Positions 1-12,872 of a stretch of DNA of 64,000 bases are shown here, piece by piece. Every line of letters begins with the position of its first letter. Position 1 is the stretch's first letter. The DNA is from Botryllus schlosseri. Taxonomy: Eukaryota. The stretch covers positions 31,930,001 to 31,994,000 of the forward strand of contig CM119371.1 of NCBI GenBank assembly GCA_051294905.1. The letters run 5' to 3'. Below the pieces are notes generated by a model. That model searched no databases, was not told where the DNA came from, and worked only from the letters and a program-made list of their open reading frames with translations. A program made the translations under genes and the position numbers.

Positions 1-342
1 AGAATGAAGGAGTTTATATGTGATGTGTGCGGCAAAGGCTTTGTAAAAAAAAGTCATTTGAGGAGACATTATTTGAGTCATACCGGAATGAAAGATTACG
101 AATGTCATATATGTGGGAAGAGTTTTAACACAAAAAGCCATCTCAAACGTCATTATTTGACTCATAGCAACAAAAAGGAATACACGTGTGACATTTGTGG
201 CAAGGGATTCCGTTGGAGATCATCCATTCAAGTACACATGAAGAAGGTTCACTTTGAAGCAAAAGAGTACGAGTGTGATATATGCGGGAAACATTTTGTG
301 AAAAAGTATTGGTTCGAATATCATTATTCCACCCACGCATAA
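1..342 (+). CDS. Z1: 3' end of C2H2 zinc-finger cassette (5' part outside window), 4 fingers visible
   Basis: Four CxxC-x12-Hx3-4H motifs in ORF 4..342, stop TAA 340-342; finger order matches the C-terminal fingers of the other cassettes. Confidence 0.85.
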   Translation, partial: RMKEFICDVCGKGFVKKSHLRRHYLSHTGMKDYECHICGKSFNTKSHLKRHYLTHSNKKEYTCDICGKGFRWRSSIQVHMKKVHFEAKEYECDICGKHFVKKYWFEYHYSTHA

Positions 343-829
343 ATGAAATGCCAGTGTTAACTATGTGGGAGACGATTCAATGTCACATTACGCTTGGAGA
401 CAACAAGAATCACACGGAAGTAGAAGTGCGATACATCCAGAAAAGATTTTGTTGAAATATCTGTTAACAACCTACTAAAACAGATTAGTATCACTATCGT
501 GAGTAAAATTGTATCTGGTGAAGAATCTGTAATATCAATTTGACAGAATGTTTTTTCTTTAACCCTTTTCCCGTGGGTGAATCATATACGATCCATGCAC
601 AGTTTTTCACAAACACGCTTCAATCAATTACCGACATCTTGCGTTGTAGTGGTCATAATTGGTTACAGTTATCGTCTATTAATAGCTATTGTCAATGCGC
701 ATACGACGAGCTATATATAACCCATTGCCTTACCGCATAATCTGTTCAAAATGCAGGTTGAATACGTTTCCTGCGAAATACAATGTGTAGCGCAGTTTGC
801 CTGAATGAACGCTCATCTTAATTCCTTAT

Positions 830-2259
830 ATCTTCCGTTCTACACGTCGTAAGCAGACACAGTTGTCGTTTTAGAGTATTTGTTGATCGAAGGAGTTCAT
901 TGAAACCATGATATCGGGAATTAGTTGGACAGAACTTGCTTCAAATTGGTGTGAAATGAAGCAATATTCTGTTACGTGAAATATGCTGCGCACGTGTGAG
1001 CATTGCCGCATAAGGCCATATACATTCACTTACGATTGCCTTACACAGTTGAATGTCACATAGTTAAATGCAGTTCGTAACACTTCAACAAGATCAGTAT
1101 CACAGAGGTTGATCATATGCCATCATACTGACGAACCTGTATTGGACATTTGATGTGTAGAACACGTTTCAAATTGATAGGAAATGAAGCAACAAGAGAA
1201 ATCGTGCGCCTATGAGAAGTGCCAAACAAGGCAATATATTTACTTATGATGGCCTTGTGCAGTTGCAAATTGCACATTTTGTTAGTTATGTGCGATCAAT
1301 AGTATCTATAAGATCAGTAACATGGATTTGGACTTATAATATAACTGGGCCAGGCAAAGCCGAATAAACATGAATTACAAGGCGCGTTGCCTCTATCGCG
1401 ATGATGTTGCCTCTATCGCGACCGTGAGTAATGCTTATAACGAAGACTTTCCAGTCACGGTGCTCTCGACTGCGTGAATGTATCAAGTTTTCGTTATAAG
1501 CATTACTCACGGCCGCCGCTAATTATGTCATCGCGATAGAGGCAACACGCCTTGTAATTCGTGTTTATTTGGCTTTGCCTGGTCCAGTTATATAAGTCCA
1601 AATCCATGTTACTGATCTTATAGATACTATTGATTGTACATAACTAACAAAATGTTCAATTTGCAACTGCACAAGGCCATTGTAACTAAATATATTGCCT
1701 TGTTTGACACTTCTCATAGGCGCACGATTTCTCTTGTTGCTTCATTTCATATCAATTTGAAGCGTGTTCTACAGATCGAATGTCCGATACAGGTTCGTCA
1801 GTATATGGGCATATGATCATTCATTGAAGTCTACAGTTACTTCGTATAACATATAAAACAGATGATTCAACTGTCTGTATGATGTTGTGATTACAGGCGC
1901 GAGTACCGTACTCGCGTAACTTACACACCCGTATCTGCAGTGTTTAGCACTGGCGTCGGGTAACTTATATAAGACCAACCTGCATGATACTGATCTTGTC
2001 GAAGTGTTATGGACTGCATCTAACTATGTGTGTGACATTCAACTGTATAAGGCAATCGTAAGTGAATGCATATGGCCTTATGCGGCAATGCTCACGTGCG
2101 CAGCATTTTTCACGTATCAGAATATTGCTTTATTTCACACCAATTTGAAGCGTTTTCTATCCAACTAATTCCCTATATTACGGTTTCAATAAACTCTTGC
2201 GATCAACAACAACTCTAAAACGACAACTGTGTCTGCTTACGGCGTGTAGAACGGAAGAT
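830..2259. repeat. Long inverted repeat / foldback-type element (about 1.43 kb, centre near 1465)
   Basis: atcttccgttctacacgtcgtaagcagacacagttgtcg (830) is the reverse complement of 2221-2259; pairing continues inward to a short loop at about 1447-1487; the right arm has about 165 extra bp (1820-1985). No TSD found. Confidence 0.9.
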
Positions 2260-2719
2260 GATAACATACACGCTCGTACACGCTTCAGAAACATTGACGA
2301 GAATTTATATGCTGGGTGTCTGCATTGTCAAAATTAGGAATGGAAGTCGTTTGTCCTTATTCTTAGAACTGGTTGTGAATTTGAGTCTGTGTGCCGCTTG
2401 TTCATAGATTTGCTGATTTCAGTTTGGTTTAACTCATTTGCTGATTGCAGTTTGGTTTTAACTCCAGGACACACATTGCTGACAGCATATGAACCTAGTT
2501 ACCTTTGAACTGCCTATCTTCTACAATATATAAATATTAAAAATACTTCACATACAAAGAACAAATCTATCCAACACACCCGGGAATCAGTTAATTCAAG
2601 TACAGCACAAAAACTATTAAACTTGCTTGTGTTGTCTATCTGAAATCACACTTGTGGTCCGAATTGAGTCATTTACGATTCACTCTGTGATGTTTACCAA
2701 TTAAAAGCTTTCAAAATGC

Positions 2720-2890
2720 ATGGGCCGCAAGGTCGGGCCATCGCGCCATCAATAAAATGAAAATGTTCTATGGTAATTGAGTAATTTGATTTGTCTATGC
2801 ATTTTATCTATATTTTTAACAAAGTATATCGAAGCTTTATCAGGCCGCACAAAATGGTGTTGCAGGCCGTAGTTTGTCCACTCCTGGTCT
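2720..2890. mobile_element. Fragment of hAT-type MITE (right end)
   Basis: Ends ggccgtagtttgtccactcctg, a degenerate reverse complement of the caggggtgggcaaactacggcc terminus at 3069 and 50681. Confidence 0.5.
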
Positions 2891-3068
2891 GGATCAGGGG
2901 TTCTCAGCCTTTTCTTGGCCGTGTCCCATTTTCCGGTTTGAAAATGTTCAGTGGCCCACCTCTTATTAGAGACATAATCCTTTTCAATGTGTGATAATCG
3001 GTGGCGATGATATGCATAATTCATTAAAATATGCGCATTTTCTCTTAATTTAGTGATAACATTTGAAT

Positions 3069-3803
3069 CAGGGGTGGGCAAACTACGGGCCGCATTGTGG
3101 GGCCCACGAAAGGCTCAATAATCGTATTTAAAATATTTTGAAAAATGCGCAGTAAAAATCTAATTGCTGCAATGACTCGATTAAACTCTTTCTTTAAGTA
3201 TAAGTTATATTCTAATCACAGTTTATTATTTTATGATTTCTGGTGCGATAGCCGACCTCAAGGCCCACACATTTTAAAAGGTTTCAATTGCTGAACATCA
3301 CAGAAATTCAAAATGGAAATGACATAACTCGGTCCAAGAGTGTTTTTCTTTACAATCTGGTTACTGAGGACGATCCACTTATATATTAACTCGATATTTC
3401 TTCGGTCACTATATGACCGTGGTTCTCAGAAGGGGGGCGTGGAAGCATCTGAAAGATGCCGCCTGAAAAAATTTTGCCTCCAATTCCTGGTTATTGCTCT
3501 GTCTATTGTCCAAATTTTCTACTTGATAATTCTCTCGTCTACAGTCATAACCTTCAACGCCATCAAACAATCCGTCGGGATTGCTAGCATTCTGATTTCT
3601 CTCTTGGATGTTTTGTGATATCACGACATGGGGGCGCGAAATTATTCACTATCATAAGGGGGGCGTGTCTAATAAAGGTTGAGAACCACTGCTATATGAT
3701 TAAATAACAATATTGCCTTTTAGCAAATAATCTCAATTTAATATAGTGCGGCCCGCGAATGGATTTAAATGTTGAATGCGGCCCAAAATTTTGCCCACCC
3801 CTG
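3069..3803. mobile_element. hAT-type non-autonomous element (CAGGGGTGGGCAAA TIR)
   Basis: TIRs caggggtgggcaaa / tttgcccacccctg; flanks atttgaat and atttaaat (7/8 TSD); same family as 50681-51856. Confidence 0.9.
3417..3691. mobile_element. Nested hAT-type MITE (CAGTGGTTCTCAA TIR family)
   Basis: ccgtggttctcag ... ttgagaaccactg with perfect 8-bp TSD ctatatga at 3409-3416 and 3692-3699. Confidence 0.9.
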
Positions 3804-4147
3804 ATTTAAATGTATATGTCTTTGGACATGAAACCGCGTGAAGCGCAACGAAAATTTACAAGTTGAATAAATATCCTACAACAAATGACCAACGAAATAA
3901 TCTTGGACCACTTTGAGCTTTCCCAATTGGGGGTTTTAGTGAGGCAATTACAGCCCTGGTAGATCATAGGCTAAAGCTCTTGAGTATATTATGCTCACCT
4001 CGTGCCGCGAAACAATGATCGAATCTTCGCATCCACTGTGTGATTTGGACTTTAGTTCCAGTATTGTGGGGAATAATATAATCATTCTGGGCCAGCTTCA
4101 AACAATTCATTGATGAATGCGGTACTAAAGAGAAGTGGAGAAAGAAT

Positions 4148-4289
4148 TTGACTCCATTCGGATTAGTAGAAGTGGAGTTATTGGAGTTTTTTGTTGATAA
4201 TCCTCGGATTATCGACCAATCAAGGATAATTTGAGAATTATCAACGAAAAATTCAAAAACTCCGCTTCTACTAGTTGGAATTGAGTCAA
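4148..4289. mobile_element. Short palindromic MITE remnant
   Basis: tagtagaagtggagtt pairs with aactccgcttctacta and ttgactc with gagtcaa; core resembles ccaaccagtggaagcggagttatt of 52654-53328. Confidence 0.65.
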
Positions 4290-5887
4290 TTTTTTTTGCA
4301 TCGTCTCTGAAGACAGCTCAACAATTTCATGGGGTTGACGGAAAAATTCGTATTCGCAGCGTTTTCATGGTAATCTGACAATTTAATCACTGTATGGCTG
4401 GAATCCAGGAAAAAAAGGTATTTTTGAACAGCCCTAATGTACACTGTACTGTGTACACTTGTTTGATCGAAACAGATCATTTTTTGAAAATGGTTCCTGT
4501 TTTCGTCCCCAATATTCATTCTGCTCTCCGTGCGAAAATACATTTATTGTTCAGATTGCTTATTCATGGTATTGGTGGTACTGCTTTACATTAAATACGG
4601 TTGGTATGATGTTGAAATTGCTACTTTTTCCTGTAATTAGGTATTAATTCATGATATTAGCTCTACTTCTGCTTGAATACCAGCAACAACTAATTTGACT
4701 TCTTTTAAGTATTTCTTTCAAGTGTTACCATCTCCATACACCAAAAATACTACACCATCTTAACAGACGGTAGATATCATATTGATTTAAAACAAAATTA
4801 ATCCAGATCACATGCAAAAACAGACAGAACAATTGATACAAACGGCGACGGACTGTAATTCATTTGTGTATCTTCTCTGTTAGCGTGTTTGTATTTAAGC
4901 GCATAATGGAGAGGTCTTCTGCTGTGGTGTAATATGATCTTCGTGCACTTTCGTGATTACATCCTCGCTTTGGTACTCAATGTCAAGAAATCTCGTTGTC
5001 ACTCTTTCTGCTGTTATCTTAGCTAATGTGTTGTGATGTTGTATTTAGTTGTACTTGGTTTTGTATAAGCGAATGAAGAAGTCACAAACACCAGTGAGAT
5101 TATGTGACCGTTGTAGTATCTGCATTTGTACGTACATTTAACCTGATCAATCGGCTAGAACTAGGAATATCATCTCCTTTTAAAAACACCCCCTTTTCTA
5201 AAAATATCCCCCGTTTTTTTAGCTGTATACGCCCCTGCCGGTAGGTAATTTCTAATTGGAATATGTCCCGGAATCAAATCACCATATCCGAGATGATTTA
5301 TTTAGTTAGGTACTCAAATTTACCAAGCACTGCCGACATCACAATGTGAGTCTTCACATCCCAGTAGGTAATTCGTATATCAACTCCTTGAATTTGGTCC
5401 TAAATGTGAACAATGATGTTGTGACATAGACTTTGTATTATTGCGACCCATAATTATTTCCAAAGACGCACATATATTCATTCTGCCATGATGTTGCAAA
5501 GATTCATTTACTTGGTCAGATTACGTAACCAAGTACCTGTCACACTTTGATCTATCTCCTCCACCTTTATGTAGTTTATGCTTTTAAACTTGCTACTTCT
5601 CATTCTAATAGAGTAGAAATTCATAGTATCGGTGGTACTTTTACTGAAGTACCAGCAATCAACACTTCCTTGGTAATCTTAAACCATCATTTTTCTGCTA
5701 CTAACAGCTAGTTTTGGTATTGTTTTAAATCGCTTCTTTCTCTTGTAATTGAATAGCAATTGACGACATGAGTTCTACATTTACTTGAAGAACTATTTCG
5801 AGCAATTTGCCTATGCTGTGTATCGGATAGTGAACTTCCGTGATTTGAAAACGTAATTTTCACCTTGTTATCTTTCAAAAATTTTAG

Positions 5888-7192
5888 CACTTGGTATTAA
5901 ACCATATTCTCTTAGATCCCAATTTCCGTGACGTTGAAGAAAAGGCTGTTGTATTGAATCGTATGGATGTCACAGACGCAAATCCTTCTTTCCGAGTAAA
6001 GAGTTGTGGATCTGATTCACAACGTGATGAACGCTCCAGTGAAAATATCTGCGAGATCTGCGGAAAAGGATTTCCCACAAAGTCTAGAATGAGGCTACAT
6101 ATGAAACTTCACACAGGAGAGAAGGAATTTGAGTGTAACATATGCGGTAAAAGATTTTTGTGGAGGTCTGGTCTAGTTGGTCATTCTCCAGTCCACACTG
6201 GAAAGAAAGACTGCAAGTGTGATATATGCGGGCAGCCATTCAGCAACAAATCCAGTATGAGACTACACAGGAAAATTCACATCGGAATTAAACAGTTCAA
6301 ATGCGATATATGTGCGAAAACCTTCATTGACAATTCCAGACTGACACAACATATGGAAGGCCATGCCGGATTCGAAGATTCTGTAATCAACATTTGCAGG
6401 AAAAGTGCTCTTCAAAGGTCTTAACTAATGTGTGATTTATGCGACAAGCCATTCAGCAGCAAATGCAATATGCGAAGACACATGAAAATTCATATCGGAT
6501 ATAAAGAGTTCAAGTGCGATATATGTGGCAAACGATTTATTCATAAACATGAGATAATGACCCACAAAAAAATTCATGACAAATTGAAAATTGACGTCGG
6601 ATTTGAAAAGTTTAAGTGCGATATATGTGCGAAGTCATTCACCAACAAACGTTATATAAAAAATCACATGAAAATTCATGTCAAATTGAAAGAGTTTGAA
6701 TGCGACATATGCGGGAAAAGATTTGGGAACCGGTGTGAGGTTAGATATCATTTTCTCGCCCACATGAATATCAAAAACTATAAATGTGATGTATGCGGGA
6801 AATCATTCATCACAAAATCTGACATGAGAGGCCACTTGAAAATTCATGACGCAGTGAAAGAGTTTGGATGTGATGTGTGCGGCAAAGGTTTCGTTAAAAA
6901 AAGTAAGTTGAGAAGACATTATTTGATTCATACTGGAGCGAAATATTACGACTGTCAATTATGCGGAAAGGGTTTTGGAGAAAAAAGTAATCTCGAACGT
7001 CATTATTTGAGCCATACCGAAAAGACCGAATATAAGTGCGACATTTGCGGAAAAGGCTTCAGAGAAAAATCTGATGTGAAATGTCATATGTGGACTCATA
7101 CCAGCAAAAAGGAAAATGCATGTGACATTTGCGGTAAGGGGTTCCGTAGAAGATCATACATTGATGTTCACATGAAGAAGGTCCACTTGTAA
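5888..7192 (+). pseudogene. Z2: 13-finger C2H2 cassette with one in-frame TAA (6422-6424); pseudogene or split gene
   Basis: ORFs 5891-6424 and 6428-7192 share one frame; paralog Z3 has CGA at the same codon; acceptor ttttag ends 5887, ATG 5963. Confidence 0.8.
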
Positions 7193-7737
7193 GCAAAAGA
7201 CTACGCGTGTGATATATGCGGTAAAGGTTATGTGAAAAAGCCTTTGCTAGTACAATGCGTAAATGAAATATCAGTTTTATGTATGTGCGAGACGATTCAA
7301 TATGAATTTGAACTTGACAACACAACAGAATTGATGCGGAAGCGAAAGTGTTCTATATAAGGAGCGCTCAAGCGCCGCTGCCGGTCTGTAACGGCTTTAC
7401 TGCCGCTCCGCCAGATATTTTGTTATTTTATACATTAGTTGCAATATACAAGATGTTGAAGTCTTGTCAATTGATAAAAAAAAGTAAAACATCAAATTTT
7501 AAACTGATGTGAAATCGCACCATTTTCAGAATTGCCACGTAAGATTAGTTCTTGTAAATAACATGTTCGATTTGACTTGACGTTCATACAGTCTCCGTTT
7601 ATGACATGCAACCGTCAACTTTCAACCTAGCTCGCTGAATCGCGCTGTTTCTATGATCATTTTGCACAGCTGTTTGCTGATGGTCAGGTGTCGGTGTTGG
7701 CAGGTATTTTCGTGTGAAACATTGTATTCGTGCTATA

Positions 7738-8466
7738 CCGTATTTTTTCGAATATAGTGTATGTATAATACGCACCCTTGAAACGCTGTGTAAATTCTGG
7801 GAAAAAGCCTGTACCCATGCATAGTACGCACCCTGCATTCGCAGTACATGAATAGTTGCCATTTAGTATTCGATGTTGTTTTGTTTTGCGATTTCACTGT
7901 CGCGCAATCATGACATAATGATCACTAATCATAATACAATTACGGCATTGTTTCTAAACGAAAGTAGATAGTAGCCAAAGCCTGCGAGGCCGATGACGCG
8001 ATAGTTCAGGCTAGCGACACACGACATCTTGCGCACGAGGCCTATTACAATTACAGATGCGATTGTTCAGGCCAACTTTTATGTCGGGCGCAACAGTCCT
8101 GTTTGCGATGCCACTGATTACGTAAGCGATTATATCTTGCGCACATGGCCTCTTGTGTATGCGTACAAACGGCTAACTAACTCAGCAGGCGATGTGCAGA
8201 CGATTCTCGTTATTTAGAACCACGCTTTTCGTTAATCGGCAACACGCTTCTCTATTTGGCAGCGTGTTACACTCTATAATACGAATTACGGGGCCCAATG
8301 GCTAGAGGTGATGCGCGATTTAAACAAACATGAATAACGGTGTGATTTCAAGTTTTTGATCGAGGGATTTTTTTTCAAGGCTTGATGTACCCATGTATAA
8401 TACGCACCCCCCTATTTTAGGGCAAAAAATCGGTAAAATATTGCGCATTATACATGGAAATTACGG
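7738..8466. mobile_element. Tc1/mariner (Tc2-like) MITE
   Basis: TA|ccgtattttt ... ggaaattacgg|TA; absent at the matching paralogous site near 14745. Confidence 0.85.
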
Positions 8467-10577
8467 TAAATTGGTATTAGCAAAAGCTAGCGCAAGTTCT
8501 TTGGTCCAACTCCGAAATGCTTCTTCTTTCGATATTGTCGAAGAGAAGGATATCATTCGCAATAGTGTAGTCCAGTGGATCTCGACTGGTGTGCCACGAG
8601 GAAATCTGGTGATTAAAGCTGACAAATAACAAAAATTGCGGAATTCAAATTCTTGACTGCGGCATAATCGCTCAAGACGCACAATGTACAATCCGATGCA
8701 ATGAACGGATAGGAGGATGTCGAAACGAATAAGCATGGTATCTTAATCTGATATTCCCCTCACCCTAATATCATTTTTCGATAATGATCTTTTCATTTTC
8801 ATTCTCTTCCTCAGATTAATTCCAAATAAGTTAATCTGTGGTTTTATTGTAAAGACGCGGTGAGCACAGCGACGTACGGAAGACAAATCACAAATATATC
8901 TTCGACACCACGGAACGTGCTACTGCTAACAAGCCCATACATATAGTAGCATTTGGAATGTGATATCTTAACAAAATGTCTTCACTCGTGCAATTTGGCC
9001 GTGATGTTGAGGTTTGGCCATTTTTTTAGTCACCCCCCATCAGAATAGGGAATAATGAACAGTGGTCTGGCCCAGTTTGATTGGTAATCCTGTTATTTAA
9101 TATTCATCATCATGCCAAATATTCGACATCTATGGTCATTTCACATCACACCGTCATTGCTTATTGTGATTCCGGAGATGCCAACTGATAGCACAGTCCA
9201 TTTTGGCTAAATGCTTTTTTTACCACACCACTTGTGCTGCAAATAAACCACCAACACTGAGGAAGAGATTCTGGAGTCGACTTTGATCGGAATCGATTCC
9301 GCAAACCATTTGTGATACAACGATGTAACGTACCACCACGATACTCGCCACCCATGGTATTTAAAGTGCTCTATGGTGCCGTGAGCTATTTTTCCTTTTG
9401 AGAGGGTTGTAATGAAGCCGAAAAGGTTGAGAACCACTGGTGTAGTCGGTTAATCCACGGCCTTCGGCGGGGGAGACCTCTATCGAGTCTTGGCGATAGC
9501 TCGTTTATGTGGAAGAGACAATTTTACCTTGACTCTAGAGACACACTACCGCCAAATTACATGACTATCATGAACACAAGGAAAACCCTCCAAATGTCAC
9601 TCACTAGTACCATACTAGTATGAAACGGCTGCAAACTGTTATCGTAATTGCATTTCGGTTTGATTTAGGTGTTTGAAGGTTCACTGGTCTGCCGACGATA
9701 TTTTCAAATTTTACAGGTCTGTGACCTATCAAAGGTTGCGAGCCACTGCTCCATATGTGGAAACAGAATTTTTTTAAATCAGTTAACGACTTTGTAAATC
9801 AGATTACCAGCACTATTATGAGTGAAAATGTATTTCATGTCTGTAATCGCTCTGTAATACGAATGTGAAGTAATATTTTTTGTTATTGCACCTACACTGC
9901 TATTTTCATCGCTTTTATTCATTCCTTGTTAGTCTCAAAGATGCTTCTTCTTATATGGACTGTTTACCTGCATAGCCTACTTCTCAAACATTCAAATATG
10001 TGGGGCATGATGTGTAAATTGCTGCTTTTTCTTCTTTTTGCGCATTGTTTCGACCTGAGTAAATGGATGTAGTGGGCAATGAGCAAGGTATCACGACAAG
10101 GTGCTTGGTTTAATTCAGAAACGCTTCTCTCGACATTGTCGAAAAGAACAATCTTAATCGAGTGTGCGTGCTCGGTTAAATCCATGGCTTTTGGCGCGAA
10201 ATTCTACAATCGACTCCCGGCGGTGTCACGTTTATCTTGACAAGAAAATCGATGATTTCAATTTTCGAAAGTCCACCGATCCGCCGAATACTTTTTGAAA
10301 TTTCAACGGTCCGCGAGGTGGAAAAAATTCGAAAACCACTGACCTACAGTGCTATTTTTATCGCCATTATTCATTCTTTGCTGGTCTCGAAGTTGCACCT
10401 ACTAATATGGACTGCTTATTTGTGTTGCCTACTTCTCAAAACTTGAGTTTTTACTTCAAATAGGTTTGACATGATGTGTAAATTGCTACTTTCTTCTTGT
10501 AATCGAGTAGGAATTCATGTTATTGGCTCAACTTCTGCTTGAATACCATCAGCGACTAATTTGACTTCTTCCGAGTA

Positions 10578-10810
10578 CCGTCATTTTTCAAGTATAGTAC
10601 GCCCCCATCTATAATACACCCCCTGAAAATGATATGTACATTATGGAAAAAAGCCTTTACTCGTTTATAGTACGCACCCTGCTCGAGCGGTACATGCGTA
10701 GAAGCCGATTATACAAGCTTATCGTGTTGACATACTTGCACGTATGATAAGTTACCAGCGATGGTTATGTTTCAGTATTAGCGGAAATCGATTAGGAACG
10801 TTGTCTAAAG
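10578..10810. mobile_element. Old 5' fragment of the Tc2-like MITE
   Basis: ta|ccgtcatttttcaagtatagtacg; same flank (atttgacttcttccgag) and internal sequence as the copy at 26760. Confidence 0.65.
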
Positions 10811-11224
10811 GCCGTGCTGGGTACATAGTCGTTTTTTTACTTCGGTACAATTGCGTTCATCTTACAGAACGGAATCGTACAGTAAATACCGTTTGAGCCC
10901 TTGCTACTGATTTTAAGCCTATATATGCGCGTTTTACCCAGTATTACAGTATGCAGAGTTTATTGAATCGTTCGGTATCGAATTACTGAATGGTGAACTT
11001 CTCATGGTATAACTATTCCATCAGTGTCATTGCTGTTACACTTGCAGTGTTACATATAATCCACAAAACAATCGGTAGTAAAATGTTAATTTATACAATC
11101 AATTGAGAATCATGAAAAATCAATATTAAACCCATCCTTAGTTACCTATAGGCGATAAAGATTATTTTTCTTTTTTTTTTAATTGTAATTTATTTTTTCA
11201 AATTTCAAATTTAACAGCTTTTTC

Positions 11225-11560
11225 AGGGATTCCGAGAAGAGTTGAACTTATATATTTTAACACATGTTATGAGAGACCTTGACAAACATATTCAATGTCA
11301 AATCAAACTTGAAGACACAACAAGATTAACGCGGAAGTAAATTTGCAATATATGCAGAAAAATTCAGTTGAAAAATCAGTTACCATAACGACCTAATAAA
11401 GCAGATGAGTGTCACACAGTTTTGAGTGAAATTGTATCTGCTGAGAACTCTGAAATATGAATATGACTGAATATCTTTTGTAGCTGCACCTACAGTGCTA
11501 TTCGCATCACCATTATCCATTCCTTGCTGGTCTCAAAGATGCATCTACTCATGCAGATTG
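11225..11560 (+). pseudogene. Orphan ZF 3' tail relic without the finger array
   Basis: attcaatgtcaaatcaaacttgaagacacaacaagattaacgcggaagta and what follows match the tails after Z1 (375-550) and Z7 (26394-26640). Confidence 0.6.
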
Positions 11561-11564
11561 CTTA

Positions 11565-12481
11565 CCGTAATTTTCCATGTATAATGCGCAAAATTTTACC
11601 GATTTTTGTCCTAAAATAGGGGGGAGGGCTTATTATACATGGGAATAACAACACTTGGAAAAAATCTCCCTCGATAAAAAACTTGAAATCACACCTATCT
11701 TCATGTTTGTTTCCAATCGCGCATCACTTTCAGCGATCGCGCCTAGTATTTCGTATTATCAGTGTAACCCGCTTCCAATTAGCAGCACAGCGCGCAGTCT
11801 CCTGCTGAGTTAGTTTGCCGTTTGTTTCGTACTCGAGCGAAATTAGGTCGCTGAACACGAGCATTGCTGCACGCGTGCGCGGCAATCCTCGCTAATTCAT
11901 CACGTCGAAGACAGGCATTAACAATCGCATATACAACAGGTCATGTGCGCAAGATTTAATCGCTTGCGTAATTAGTCGCATCTCCCACAGACCTGGTGCG
12001 CAAGACACAACCGTTGGCCTGAGCAATCGCATCTGTGATAGCCTTCGTGCGCAAGATGTCACGTCGCTGGCCTAAACTATCGCGTCGCCAGCCTCGCAGG
12101 CTTTGGCTGCTATCTACAATCGCTAGGAGATAATACTGTTCATTGTATAATGATTAGCAATCGCATCTGTAATAGACCTCGTGCTCAACATGTCGTGTCG
12201 CTGACCTGAACTATCGCGTTGCCAGCCTCGCAGGCTTTGGCTGCTATCTAATATCGTTTAGAGACAATGCCGGTAATTACATTAGGATTAGCGATCGTTA
12301 TGGCGTGATTGTTGAACAGTGTCATCGCAAAACAGAACATCGTAAAGTAAAACACAACTACTCATGTACTGCGAATGCCGGGTGCGTACTATACATGGGT
12401 ACAGGCTTTTTCCCAGAATTCACAAGGCATTTCAAGGATGCGTATTATACATGGGGGCGCACTATATTCGGAAAATTACGG
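11565..12481. mobile_element. Tc2-like MITE, opposite orientation to 7738
   Basis: TA|ccgtaattttcc ... ggaaaattacgg|TA. Confidence 0.9.
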
Positions 12482-12872
12482 TACTTATATAGGTTACTTG
12501 TGAAAGCTTTGTTTTTACTTCGGATAGGTTTGGCATGATGTGTTAATCTGTTTCGAGTACTATAATCATATCATATGTTGCACTGAAATATTTGATTCAA
12601 AATTAATATCTGTGATCGAATCACTTGGGTTCTCTGAAGTAACCACTCATAGCTGCGTGACCTGTTTGAATTCGATCCTAAATGTGAACAATAAAGATAT
12701 GACATTGACTCTGTATGATGGCAACCGTTCATTATTTAGAAAGATGCACGTTTCGGAATTACTCCCTTTTCGCGAAGATACAACTACTAATTTGCCTATG
12801 CTGTGTATCGGATAGTGAACTTCCGTGATTTGAAAGCGTAATTTTCACCGTGTTATCTTTCAAAAATTTCAG

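Noticed and set aside
9438-9505. tRNA- or SINE-like head (tggtgtagtcggtt ... gggagacc)
   Set aside because: A-box-like start only; B box degenerate and no cloverleaf.
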